Shown: positions 21,201 through 33,157, counted from the first letter of the whole stretch. The stretch is 61,597 nucleotides of DNA, filler included, from Vannella sp. (GCA_023345925.1; 6 parts of 6 records of this genome joined end to end with filler, not necessarily neighbours in it), one strand, 5' to 3'. Notes: generated from the letters alone by a model not told the origin. Translations and numbers: made by a program.

Positions 21201-24200
21201 ATGGTTCGGTTGAGCTGTAAGGGAGGGCCAGTGAACTGCTGGCCCTTCTTCTACTACAAATCTTCGAATGGGAAGAAGCGACTCGAGTGCTTGGGACCTT
21301 TCTGTACCGCGAAAACTTCTCCTGACTTTCGCAGGTTCACCTTCTGTTGCTTCCTCAGCGGTCTCTCTGCTCGCTTAGGGCAACTACGGTCTATGTGGTT
21401 GCTTCTCTTCATCTACCACGCCAGTGAAGCGGCTGTCGTTTGGACAAGCTGCCTCTTCGTCGTGTACCGGCGAAGAAAGAACGGAACTCGGACCATACGC
21501 ATCCTGGGCTGCATCGTCATACGACTGGACGATGGAGAGTACATGAGTATAGCGGGGTTAATCAAGTACCACAAACTGCCAGACGGATTCCGCTTCTGGT
21601 TCCTTCTCTTCTTCATCCGCAAGCAGCCTGATCGCCTCACGATCAGCCTCTTCCCGCTATTCTCCTACAGATGGAGGGAAGGAGTTTCCGTTCGAAAGCA
21701 CTTCCTCCTGTACTATTCGTACGAGTCTTTGCTCACTCCTGGGAACTATCACTTTGGCATCTTTCCCTTCTTCTCCATCAAACGCAAACGTAGAAACGAA
21801 ACCAACTCGTATTGTGATCGAGTTCTCCTTGGTGCTTTGTTCATTAGGAAAGGAACTGGCCCTGTTGGGCTTCCAGATGAGTATTATTGGCGATTCCTGT
21901 TTCTCTCTTGGAAAGTGTCCGCCATTAAGAAGCGATTGGCCCTCTTTGGAGGTCTCTTAATGTGGTATGAGGACGAAGTGGATCGAGTTCAATGGAGTAT
22001 TCTCCTTCTTGCAAGATACAGAAGCGCTGGTCCCTTGTGCGACATGAGAGTTCTTCTCTTTTGGTACCATGCTGACGACAACTACCTTCGAATGGCTATC
22101 TTTCCAGTCTGTTACCTTCTTCAGTCAGAGGAGCGCAATGTTTGGTTTACCATACTCGGCTACAATTCTTCTAGAGGAGGCGCCGAGACCAAATTCATGT
22201 GGCTTTACTATTCTCACCAGAGTGGCAATACCAGCGTCTTATGGGCACTGCTCTGGTATAGTCATAGAGACACTCAAGGACAGCTTTCCATGACCGTTCC
22301 CATCCCAATTTACTATCATAGAAGAGACCCTCACAAAGCTCTCCGGTGGCTTTTACCTTTCTTCTTCTGCAAGGAGAATATGGATGAGCAAGTCAAGACC
22401 ACAGCATTCTTCCCGCTGGTAACCAGCCGCTACAAGAATGGACAATTGCGGAGAAGATTCTACATTCTATCGCTTTACGGAACCTTGTATCCCATTGAAG
22501 GAGATGAAGATTACCTTACTTCTGGTTACGACATTCTTTGGCCTCTTATTCACATGCAGCGCAACCATGCCACGGACACACTTAGTCGTTACTTCTTCCC
22601 ATTCTATTGGGAGAATCGGACTCAGCAGAATCACAAGAAGCGGTTAATGGTGATTTGCACCTCCGTTGCTTACAATCCAATCATGAATCCACTTACTGGT
22701 ATCCGAACTTTCACGAAGGAGAAATGGACGTGCTACCTTGGCTTTACTGCCACATGGAATGACGGCAATTTGAAATCCTTCTACTTTGCCCCACTTTGGT
22801 GCCTTCCTCCATGCGGCTATGGGAGCCGGCAAGCGAATAAGACTTGCTTATGGCCCTTTTATTCGTTCTCTGAAAGAAGAGGAAACCGATCTATCAGTTC
22901 CTTCTGGCCAATCTTCCGGTACAAACGCTCCGGAGATAACGTCAGATCTAGACTTTGGCCGTTCTTTTACTGGGTCAACAGTCCAGAAAATGCTAGGAAA
23001 AGCCTTTCACTTCTTTGGATCTTTGATAGGCAGATAAGCGTGCTGCAATGGTACCGCAACAATGACTTCAAGAAGTTCTACCTATTTCCCTTTGGTGGAG
23101 TCCGTAAGAACGCAGATGGAGGTATTAACGTCAGAATATTGAATGTTGCAGGGATCTCCCTCTTTCAATACTATCGCTCCACTGAATTGCTTCATATTCA
23201 CGTTGGACCATTCATCAACTACAATCGCAGTTTGATTGGAGATCGAGAAACTCGATTAGACATTCGCCCACTCTACTTCCGCAAAACCTCCGACCCGGGG
23301 CCCACGCAGTGGTCTCTCCTTGGGCTCTCCAGGAAAATCTCTATTGTACGGGTCTATTCTCTACACAAGATGAGAGTCTTTCCACTTCTATTCCTGGATA
23401 CAACTGGCGGAAAGCGCACTCGAAGCTTCCTCGGAATCTCTCCGAAATGGTGCCTCATCCGTTACATTCCAGACCACTTGCTGAGGGTAACGATTCTGTT
23501 TAGACGTTATACGAGAAATTCTGGCATTTCCTGGAGTTTCTTTTGGATAACGGAAAGGCTCGCGATTATAAGGTATCAATCTGGGAGTCATTTTGCAATC
23601 TTCCCTTTGATTTTGAAGAAGAATGATGGATGCTTGACTCTTCTGGGGATCACCAAATCGATTTCTATCATCAGATATCATCCAGAGCATCAATTGAAGG
23701 TATTCCCAATCTTCTATAAGAAGTACAGTCCCGATGGAGATTCTCGTGGGATTCTGGGGCTTTCTGAGTCTTTCTCTTTGATCCGGTACAAACCTGGACA
23801 CCACTTTGCGATCTTTCCTTTGATTTCGAAGAAGAGTAATGGATGCTTGACTCTTCTGGGGATCACTAAGTCAATATCTATTGTTCGATATCACCCAGGT
23901 CATCAATTGAAGGTGTTCCCGTTCTTCTTCAAGAAGTATAGTCCCGATGGAGATTCTCGTGGAATTCTGGGGCTTTCAGAGTCTTCCTCTTTGATCAGAT
24001 ACAAACCTGGACACCACTTTAGAGTGCTTCCAATCTTCTTCAAGAAGAACAATTCTGAAGGTACCTCTTGGGGAATGTTAGGATTAAGTTTGGATTCCTG
24101 CCTCATTCGATACAAGCCCGAGAAGGTATTCTACATCTTCCCACTGTTTTACAGAAGGTTAGACTCTCCCTTGTGGGCAATCGGATACCTTCTGCCACAA

Positions 24201-24734
24201 TTCGCCTTGGTATCAAAACAGAAGGACCGTTTCTATGTGTTCCTCCTCTTCCATCGAATCTTTGAAACTTCCACCTCATTCTTATGGATTGCTGACCCCT
24301 CCTCGAGCTTGGTGTTCATATCAGAGAAGATAACGCGGGTCTTCCTGTTGTTCTATTCGTACAACGGCTCGGAGAAAAGTCTCAGCCTCCTGTGGTTCTT
24401 CTCGCGATACGTTGCTATTGTGTATCACAACCCTGACAAACGGAGCTGGGTGTTCCCTTTCCTTAGTTATGAAAACAAAGGTGACACAACAGTCCTTCTC
24501 TTCCTCTTCGGGCTGGTCTACATCAAGAAAGAACTTAATGGCACCAGCATTCGCGTACTATACCGCTTCATCCGTTACAAGAGCTGCTTGGGGCAAATAG
24601 TGCGCCTGGAATGCAACCCGCTCTTCTTCCTGGACCACCGAGACGATTCTCGGAAAGTGTGTTTGGGATGCGGCGGGTGCATTGGAAACACACGACATGG
24701 CTGCCGCATTTGTTTCTTCCTGAATCTGGGATGA
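21201..24734 (+). CDS. 1177-aa intronless aromatic/basic repeat protein, unknown family
   Basis: Single long ORF with dozens of (F/W)P(F/L)(F/Y)-type motifs, 34-37-aa units and a 213-bp internal duplication. Confidence 0.85.
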   Translation: MVRLSCKGGPVNCWPFFYYKSSNGKKRLECLGPFCTAKTSPDFRRFTFCCFLSGLSARLGQLRSMWLLLFIYHASEAAVVWTSCLFVVYRRRKNGTRTIRILGCIVIRLDDGEYMSIAGLIKYHKLPDGFRFWFLLFFIRKQPDRLTISLFPLFSYRWREGVSVRKHFLLYYSYESLLTPGNYHFGIFPFFSIKRKRRNETNSYCDRVLLGALFIRKGTGPVGLPDEYYWRFLFLSWKVSAIKKRLALFGGLLMWYEDEVDRVQWSILLLARYRSAGPLCDMRVLLFWYHADDNYLRMAIFPVCYLLQSEERNVWFTILGYNSSRGGAETKFMWLYYSHQSGNTSVLWALLWYSHRDTQGQLSMTVPIPIYYHRRDPHKALRWLLPFFFCKENMDEQVKTTAFFPLVTSRYKNGQLRRRFYILSLYGTLYPIEGDEDYLTSGYDILWPLIHMQRNHATDTLSRYFFPFYWENRTQQNHKKRLMVICTSVAYNPIMNPLTGIRTFTKEKWTCYLGFTATWNDGNLKSFYFAPLWCLPPCGYGSRQANKTCLWPFYSFSERRGNRSISSFWPIFRYKRSGDNVRSRLWPFFYWVNSPENARKSLSLLWIFDRQISVLQWYRNNDFKKFYLFPFGGVRKNADGGINVRILNVAGISLFQYYRSTELLHIHVGPFINYNRSLIGDRETRLDIRPLYFRKTSDPGPTQWSLLGLSRKISIVRVYSLHKMRVFPLLFLDTTGGKRTRSFLGISPKWCLIRYIPDHLLRVTILFRRYTRNSGISWSFFWITERLAIIRYQSGSHFAIFPLILKKNDGCLTLLGITKSISIIRYHPEHQLKVFPIFYKKYSPDGDSRGILGLSESFSLIRYKPGHHFAIFPLISKKSNGCLTLLGITKSISIVRYHPGHQLKVFPFFFKKYSPDGDSRGILGLSESSSLIRYKPGHHFRVLPIFFKKNNSEGTSWGMLGLSLDSCLIRYKPEKVFYIFPLFYRRLDSPLWAIGYLLPQFALVSKQKDRFYVFLLFHRIFETSTSFLWIADPSSSLVFISEKITRVFLLFYSYNGSEKSLSLLWFFSRYVAIVYHNPDKRSWVFPFLSYENKGDTTVLLFLFGLVYIKKELNGTSIRVLYRFIRYKSCLGQIVRLECNPLFFLDHRDDSRKVCLGCGGCIGNTRHGCRICFFLNLG

Positions 24735-24817
24735 ATACACCAACAACGACTTTTCAATTTTGGCGGGAAAACTACTTTGTGGGACCGTTTCCTCTAAATG
24801 CTTCATTCTTTCCCTTC

Positions 24818-25949
24818 ATGGCAGTGAACATCGATGCGTGGGAGCACAGTAAAGAGAACATACTTCCCATGAAAGCCGGGAGGAAAGCTGCGGCTTTGGC
24901 ACGAGCATTTGGCCAGCCTTCTGGCACCCTGGAAGAGGAAAGGCGCTCATTTCAAGACAAGATCGAAGGGGCTTGCTCCTCTGAGGATCCCCTGGCTCCT
25001 TGGCTGGAGTACTACGAATGGGCAAAGGAGAGCTTCCCTTCATCACGTCGAGAACAACTTTTGGTTCTCCAAAGCGCCACCAAACTCTTCCGCAACGACA
25101 CTCGCTACCACCAAGACGAGCGCTTTCTGAGGCTCTGGATCATCTACGTAAGAGACTCCTTGTTGCGACATGCTCTGAGACTGATACGGAGACTTGCAGT
25201 CGGACATGCTCTCCAATCCAGCCGAGATGTACAACTATCTCCTCAACAAGGAGATCGGGACGGAGCATGCTGTTCTGTATAAGGCGCATGCTTTGATCCT
25301 CGAGACGATGGGCAGATACAAAGAAGCAGAAGACGCTTTCAAGCTGGGGATCGCGCGGAACGTCTCTTCAATGGAGTCTCTAAGGAGCTGCCACGCCCTG
25401 TTTACAGAGAGGATGGTAGAGCGGGTCCGTATTCTTCAACAAAAGCGTCAAGAGCGCGCAGAGGAGGGAACATCCAATACAACAGCGTCTCGAAGCTCAA
25501 CAAGAGCTCCTTCTCGTTCAAGTCGGAGTGGACTGTCGCATGCTGGCCCTAGTAAGACACTCAGCTACTCTACCATGCCCAATGTACCATTGAAGAACGG
25601 TACCGTCCTCTCTGTCCTCCGTGATGACGATGTTACGGTGCCAAACGCTCCCAAGGACGAAATCAAGGTGAGGTGGGACGAGTTCGCGACTGAAGCCGAT
25701 GCTGGCAAGGAGAATGTTCGAACCGCCACTGCCTGGTTGGGGAAGACCCTCCCACAGCGATCTACCACCCGCCCAACCTCGACCACCGGCTTCTCCATCT
25801 ACATCGACCCCGAATGCCAAGAGGAGTCCACTCCCAACGACAATGCAAATGACTCTCCTCCTCCCAGCGACATGGAAGACGCTGATTATCTCCAAATGAT
25901 CCAAGCCATCAAGAACAGGGTGGCCCGACCCTTAAACCCTAAACCCTAA
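24818..25949 (+). CDS. MAD3: Mad3/BubR1 spindle-checkpoint protein (no kinase domain)
   Basis: WEHSKENILPMKAGR (KEN1), DPLAPWLEYYEW TPR region, RYHQDERFLRLW, second KEN (GKENV); intron 25148-25199. Confidence 0.9.
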
Positions 25950-25957
25950 ATACTAAA
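25930..25957 (+). repeat. Interstitial telomere-like repeat overlapping the MAD3 stop
   Basis: ccttaaa ccctaaa ccctaaa tactaaa. Confidence 0.75.
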
Positions 25958-26119
25958 TCCATCAAAGATCCAATTCGCAGGACTGATTTGCTGTTGTTGT
26001 TGAGATTTGTCATTGAAGAGATCCTCATAAGGTCAGCCTGCCATTGGTGGAAAGGGCGAAAGTCTCGTCTCTTCTTGACCTTCTTTTGTCAATCCAAGTC
26101 ATGCCGACCTCACTCCGTC

Positions 26120-27069
26120 ATGTTCCTCCGTCCCTTGTTTGCTCGTAGTTCCCTGTTACACAAGTCTGCCTTTGGGGTTGGCGGTGCGGCCTTGGCGACT
26201 GGCCTGTGGTTCAACACAATGGCTGCTTCGGCGGATGAGAGTGAGAAGGCTTTGAGCCCCACTGAGTTCCGTGAGTTCCCTTTGGAGTCGATCACAACGT
26301 ACAACCACAACACGAACACTTTCCGCGTCAAGTTTCCTCTTGAAGACCAAGAGTCTGGCCTCACTACAGCCTCCTTCCTCCTCGTTAAGGGGTTCGATAA
26401 GGACGGCAAAGAAGCGGTATGGCTTCCCTCTTCCTCTCTCTTGCTTAGAGGAGCTAACTGTTCCTGGACTAGGTTCGCCCATACACTCCCATCAGCAAAG
26501 TCGACGCCAAGGGCCACGTTGATCTCCTGATCAAGAGATATCCCGAAGGAAACGTGAGCAACTACGTTCACCAGCGCAAAGTGGGAGAGACGATCGCCAT
26601 CAAGGGGCCTTTCAAGAAGCTGGAGTACATCACCAACATGAAGGAGAACATTGGCATGATTGCAGGCGGAACAGGTATTGCCCCCATGATTCAGATGCTT
26701 CAAGCGATCTTCCAGAACCCTGAGGACACCACAAAGGTGTACATGGTCTATGCCAACATTGCCGAGGAGGACATCCTTTGCAAGGAGATGCTTGATACCC
26801 TAGAGAAGCAGTTCCCCGAGCGCTTCCAAGTGTTCTACACGTTGGACAAGCCCAGCCCCTCTTGGACTGGCGGAAAGGGCTTCATCACTCCCGAGATGGC
26901 CAAGCAGAACTTGCCAGCTCCTTCCCAGAGCAACCTGATCCTCTTCTGTGGCCCTCCACCAATGTGCAAGGCCATCGTTGGAGAGAAAGCCCCCGACTAT
27001 TCTCAAGGAGAGGTTGGTGGCGTCGCTGCGCAACTTGGTTACACCAAAGAGATGGTTTACAAGTTCTAA
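26120..27069 (+). CDS. NADH-cytochrome b5 reductase (MCR1-like, mitochondrial)
   Basis: RPYTP after the intron, KGPF, MIAGGTGIAPMIQ, YANIAEEDIL, CGPPPM, LGYTKEMVYKF. Confidence 0.93.
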
Positions 27070-27152
27070 GACCTCCCTTCCTTCCACCAATCAACCCACC
27101 AATCAATACAATCGCTCAAACTACTCACTTTCCTCACTTTCAGTCCCCTCTC

Positions 27153-28369
27153 ATGACGTTGCGACTGTTCAGCGGCATCCAACCTACAGGGCGCCTACAC
27201 CTGGGAAACTACTTAGGGGCGATCCAAAGCTGGGTGAAGTTGAGCAAAGAGTACCAAAAGCCGCTCTTCTGCTTGGTGGACCTTCACGCTTTGACAAGTG
27301 TGTCCCGATCTGAGCCACTACACGAAGGGAAGGCTCGTTTGGAGGCTAGTTGCTTAGAACTAGGTACTACTCTGTTGGCTTGTGGTCTGGACCCTGCGGA
27401 TTGCGTGACCTACCGACAATCACAGGTTCCTTATCACGCCCATCTCGCTTGGTTGTTGTTCTGTCGCACGCGGATCGCCTCTCTCGAGTTGATGACTCAG
27501 TTCAAGAGTAAAGTAAAAGATTCTAACTTCGAAAGCAACGCTGGTCTTCTCACGTATCCCGTTCTCATGGCTGCCGACATCCTTTTGGTTCGTTTGCTTC
27601 TTCCCTGCTCTCTGCATCCACTCTGACACACGGAAACGATAGTTTAAGGCTCAAGTTGTCCCAGTGGGAGATGATCAGACCCAGCACTTGGAGCTGACTC
27701 GCAGAATCGCCACTGAGTTCAATGCGGCCTGTGGGAGGATGGCCTTCCCTGTCCCTTCCGAGTATCGAGGTGAGACAAGAGATCACATGATACAAGACTA
27801 TCCTCTGATTGGAGTTCGGACAACAGCGCAAGTCCCTAGAGTGATGAACTTGGGAGATGCGACCACTAAAATGAGCAAAAGCTCGTCCAGCGAGAAGGAC
27901 TGCCTCTTTCTATCTGACACTCCAGACCAAGTAAGCACCCTCCCAAACAAGCATCTTTTGCATCCCTCCCAGCTCCACAAGTCTCACAACAAGTCAGATA
28001 AGACACAAAGTGATGAAGGCAAAGATGGACTCGCTGGTAGGATTGACGTACGAGCCAGAGAAGAGACCAGAGGTTTCCAATCTGCTTCGAATCTTCGCAG
28101 CTCTGTCCTCTGAAGAGCCCACAGAAGTGGCGGAACGGTTTGCCTCGTCCAACAACGCCTCTTTCAAAGCCGCTTTGGCTGACCAGCTCGTCGAACACTT
28201 CCGCCCTATCCAAGACCGCATGGCTACCCTCTCTCAGGACCCAGCATACGTCCACAGCGTCCTCCAGGAAGGAGCCAAGGTGGCCAACGAGTTGGCCCAC
28301 CAGACAATGACGGAAGTGCACGATCTGTTAGGCTTGGGACCCCTTCCTATCCTTCATGAGAAGCAATGA
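27153..28369 (+). CDS. WARS2: Mitochondrial tryptophanyl-tRNA synthetase
   Basis: FSGIQPTGRLHLGNYLGA, YPVLMAADIL, VPVGDDQTQHLEL, KMSKS, RPEVSNL; three introns. Confidence 0.93.
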
Positions 28370-28418
28370 AAGCAGGTTTCTTTGATCCAAAGGCCATTTG
28401 TTCGTGTCTTTGGGGTCG

Positions 28419-29534
28419 ATGAACTTGGAGGATGATTGGGAGCATGTGAACGACTTGCTGGAGGCTCTGTTTGCCACAGAGTCGCGAGATATATGTAATC
28501 AGACTGCAAAGCACATAGTGGGCTCTGAGAATGCCCTGGAGATCGTCACAAAGCTCCAACCGAAGTTTTTGGTGAGGTTCTTGAGGTTGTTTGGCTGTTT
28601 CTGATGTCCTTGAAGGAGTCCAACACATCAGATAGATACCAACTGTTCTGCATATTAGACTCTGTTGCTCTTATGGCGGCCAAGTCATCAAGCAAAGCCG
28701 ATATCCTTGCCGCCGTTTCCCAACTCATCATGGCGAGCATCTCTCGGGTCGTAGAGTCGCCCTCTCAAGAACCCAACTTCCCAAACATTAAGAACGTACG
28801 TCTGATCATCTTACTGCGCCTGCCAAGCCCTAATGAGAGAGGAGATGGTCACAATGTGGAAGGCAAAGGATATCTTCTCTGCAGAGGTGATCCGCGCGGT
28901 ACAGGGCGCTTTAGAAGGAGATAGAACATCGGTAGATCCTCAAAACACCAGCCGGATACGCTCTCCTGCAGAGACAGAACGAATCATGCGAAGATTGGAA
29001 GAGATTAGAAGGGAGCAAAGGCAACGGCAGTATCAGAACAGCCTAAGGAGGGAGGGGGAGGACTGCTTTGCAGAGATGGAAGACTTCATTCGTAGAGTGG
29101 AGCTCCAAGAAGCCGCCAAACAGCGCCAAACGACACCTTTGTTCGATCAAGTCCCGAGTCCCACAAGCGATGGAGAACCAGATGCTGGCAATCTCTCTGC
29201 CTCTACTACCGTTCTTGGTAAACGGAAAGTGCGAGAGGATGACGCCAGAACAGGAGCCAGAGACACCAAACGGGACCTGAAAAGCCGCCAATCGTTCCCG
29301 CCCTTTGAAGCGGCCCGGGCCAATCCAGAGCCTTTGCCCTCCACAGTGCGGGACTGGAAGTCGGGTAACGGTCCGGGCCGGGAGGCAAACTCCCACTCAA
29401 AGAGGAGTTCTGCCACCTTCGAGGGGAGCCATCCATCACATTCATCTCTTGAAAGGGGTAACGGTCATTGCAGTGCTTTATACACTCGACCAGGTATCAC
29501 TTGGGAGCTACCCGAAAGGTTGAAGCGCGATTAA
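28419..29534 (+). CDS. CID-like helical domain protein, possibly CTK3-like
   Basis: RYQLFCILDSV..MVTMWKAKDIF helical domain, then RIMRRLEEIRREQR; two introns. Confidence 0.5.
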
Positions 29535-29556
29535 ACGAGATTCGGAAGGAATCTGA

Positions 29557-31150
29557 TTATACCGAACGTGCCAGATTGGTCTCCATGTCAGCTACCACAT
29601 AGGCCAAAGAAGCTACCGTTCCCAGGCACTGTCTGAAGTCCCCCAGATCGACATGGTTCACAGTATCTGCATTGGTGTGGTGGAACCAAAAGTACTTGTT
29701 GGGATCTCCGTTGCCCACTTAGTATTTCCCTACTTGGCTCATTGCTGAATGATCCTTACCTGTTCCTCCATCTCCAGCCACTTCCAGGCCAACACCAGGT
29801 ACACCAGCATTAGTCAAAGGGGCCACATCCGCTCCCGCGCCACCAGGGAAGACCTCCAGGTTAGCATAGCGAGACATCAGCTTGGCAATCTCTGTGGCAT
29901 CATTGTTAGGTGTCAGACGGATGCAACCTATGAAGGACTTACGAGTCACTTCGTCCATGGCACTGGGGAGCCCGGCAAAGTTGAACCGGTACGGGGTCAA
30001 AGTTCCGTCGTCCGACTCGAAGCAGAAGGTGGTGTTGCTCAGTTCATCAAGGTGTTGGTTGAAGTAGACTTCTGAGCCACTGCCGTTGTTCTCTTCGCTG
30101 GTCCACATGACCACACGAATGGTGCGGCGAGGGCGCATTCCATTTGCCGCCAACAAGCGGAGAGCTTCCCACGTCTGAAGTATACCTCCTCCATCATCAT
30201 GAGCGCCTTCTCCGACATCCCAGCTGTCCACGTGGCCACCGATCACCACAATCTCATGAGGTAGAACGGACCCTTTCAGGTCTGCGATGATGTTACGAGA
30301 CACTGCGTTCCTCTTCGTCTCACAGTCCATGAACAGCTCCAAGTAAGGAGTCTTGCCACCATCCTGAAGGTTCTGAAGGAGAATGGCGTCCTCAACGGTG
30401 ATGGCTGCTGCGGGAATGCGCTTCACTCCAGTTTGATAGTTCATAGAGCCTGTATGGGGCGTGTACAACGAATAAGGAGTCACAGATCGAGTCAGACTTG
30501 CCACAGCACCCACTTTAGACGCCTCAATGGCTCCCTGAGTCCGATAGGAAACGGTTTGGCCATAAGTGACGAAGGGAGCGTTGAAGACGACAATCTTTCC
30601 TCTCGCCTGACTCGCCTTGCTCTTGAGTTCATCAAAGTCTTTCACTCTAGAGGAGCAGAGGGTCAGTTCCCGAAGAAAACGGAGGACAAGATGACAGGCA
30701 GGTCCTACACAAGCACCGGGGCAGAGATACCTTCAGGTCCAGTACCAATAGAGCCTCCAAGAGCTAGAAGGTCCATCTTCTTGGTGCGTGGGCTGGTCAT
30801 GGTCAACTTGGCCTCATTCCGTACCCACTTTCCTCCAGGTTAAGTGAAAAGCGCACGCAGAACGCCTGGATTCTTACATGAGGGACAGCTACGTTCTCTG
30901 TGGTGACAGAATCGAACCCGTCTTGGCTCATCTCGGAGACGATCCAGTCAATAGCGCTCTCCAAAGCCTCGGAACCGGTGATGCGCGAGCCAAACGTGTT
31001 GCAAAGATACTCCAGCCTCTCGTAGCCTATCTCATTGCTCGACGCCAACGTAAAGATCTTGTTCACCTTGCTTTGGTAAGCTGTGATGTTGTTCCCAACC
31101 ACGAACGCCACCAGCAACAACCAAACCACTCCCCGCAAGCTCCCCTCCAT
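29557..31150 (-). CDS. CPQ: Carboxypeptidase Q (peptidase M28), secreted
   Basis: FGSRITGS, YGQTVSYR, SLYTPHTG, GGHVDSWDVGEGAHDDGGG, WTSEE, ESDDG, YFWFHHTNAD. Confidence 0.92.
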
Positions 31151-31733
31151 CGTCCCACCAACAAATGGTTCAAATTCATCCCATTTCCCGTTCCTTTGCT
31201 CCAATCTGATGTCCCGTTTCGACCAAACTCGAAGTGACCCGAAGAACTTCACTTTTTGACCTTCTTTTGGCCTCGATTGTCAAAGTAACGAACTCGGTCT
31301 GCTCTCTCTCTCCATCAGGTACTGCTAAAGTGAGCCGACGGCATAGATAGCTGCTCAGGAAGAGGGTCCTCGCACTGTGCGTGTTGAATGATGGAATAGA
31401 GAATCATTGAGAAGGTTCTGGCTGGCGTTGGTGACGTGTGATGGGAGATAATGGCTGATTTGTGAACTTGAGCAAACGGTTTAGGTAGTAAGTTACTTCT
31501 TTCATGTGCTGGAGGCTGTTTGCGGCTTCCTTTCCCTCTTCTGAATGGAAGGGGAAATGCATTTGTGTGGGAAGAGGGAATGCAGCGTTGGTTGGATAGT
31601 CTGGGATGGGGCGGTGCGCCTTTAGAGACGGCGNNNNNNNNNNNNNNNNNNNNNNNNNNNNNNNNNNNNNNNNNNNNTTAATTAATTAANNNNNNNNNNN
31701 NNNNNNNNNNNNNNNNNNNNNNNNNNNNNNNNN

Positions 31734-32336
31734 TACCAACAGCTCCATGTGGTTCTGCGAAGGATAGAACCGCCTCACGAGTAGAACGTTGTCCAGTCCA
31801 GCAATGCAGTCAGGGAGTCCGTAGTCACGTGTACGGAAGGTAGAAGCAGGAACGAAGCCTCCTAAATAGCCACCAGAGCCAAACAAAGGAGCATCCAGGC
31901 AGAGCGGAACCTCCTCAACTTCGAGAGTGAAAGCGACAGGCTGTCCTGGTCCGAGCTCTTGCACAGCCACCAAGAAACTTGGAGTCTCGAAAGTTGGAGA
32001 CAACCTGGTAGCTGGAGCGCAACTCAAGTAGGTGTTCCTGCACACCACACTGTTGAGGGAAAGGGAGGTGCCAAAGGTGACAACGGAAAAGGGATCATTG
32101 GAACAAAGGGAGATGGAGGTTGCAAGAGCCATATGATCAGGAGTATACCAGAAGAACACCGCATTCTCTCCTCCAGAGGAAGAGCAATTTCCGAAGCCGA
32201 GGGAGTCCGTCGTTGCACTTGGCGGGTCGTTCGTGCTCCCCACCAACACCCCCGCGGTGATGTTGCGTATTGGGTCTTGCGCGAGAGCAACAGTCCAGAG
32301 CAAGGTAAGCAGGGACAGCCAGATGCAGTTGAACAT
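31734..32336 (-). CDS. Secreted/surface Cys-containing protein, 5' fragment cut by the linker
   Basis: Signal peptide MFNCIWLSLLTLLWTVALA, then an open frame running into the gap. Confidence 0.6.
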
Positions 32337-32580
32337 TGAAAAGTACCACGCTAGCGGGTTCAACTGCCCGATTGCCGACCTAATCCGATCTGTTCAAGGA
32401 ATAGTCGATGAATTGTTCAGTTTTGCCTTGAATGGATCATTCCGCAAGAAACTTAATACCCAATCGGGAATCCATTTCTTGAAGCTTCTCAGAGAATGAG
32501 ATCAGGAGGAGACCATCGATTGCGAGTGGTTGGAATCGTTTTTTAGATTTTCGAGAAGTCACGTGGCGAGGGCATTTCCC

Positions 32581-32648
32581 CATGGTTGGCGCCTTAATTA
32601 AAAATTAATTAATAATTAATTAATAATTAATTAATTTTGCCAACCATG
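32581..32648. mobile_element. 68-bp MITE with 10-bp TIR CATGGTTGGC and 8-bp TSD CATTTCCC (hAT-like)
   Basis: TSDs at 32573-80 and 32649-56, perfect TIRs, almost pure A/T palindromic interior. Confidence 0.8.
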
Positions 32649-33157
32649 CATTTCCCCTTGTTTGGGTCCAAAAAGTGAATAATAGAAATCACAGCGTGAT
32701 CAGATGGCTAAAGATTGCACTATTTCAAGCCCCTTACATTGATTGTATCAACAGTTCTTCATGATCCTGGGCCAGAGGATCGGCTTTGCTTGGGTTGCTT
32801 GATCCCAAGGAGATCATTGAACTGAAGGGTGACATATCATTGGACCCAACCCCTATTGCAGAAATGTCTTTGGTAAACTCTCGCATTGGTTCATCTGGTG
32901 TTTGTCATGAACCAAGCTGAATAGATGGAGAAGAGTCTAATCATTTTTGCCATCAGATGTGATTGAACGTGCTTCAACTACACAACCACCTATTCCATTG
33001 GACCCCTGGAAGCTCTAGGAGCTTTTGGGAATCATAACAGCTTCCTTTTCTACTGTATGTAGCACCTGATTGGGCCCAGCCTTATTTTTCCACATGAAAA
33101 CCGCCCAAATACAACCAACGTTTGTGAAGTTGAGAGATATCTTGTGGAATAGAATTG

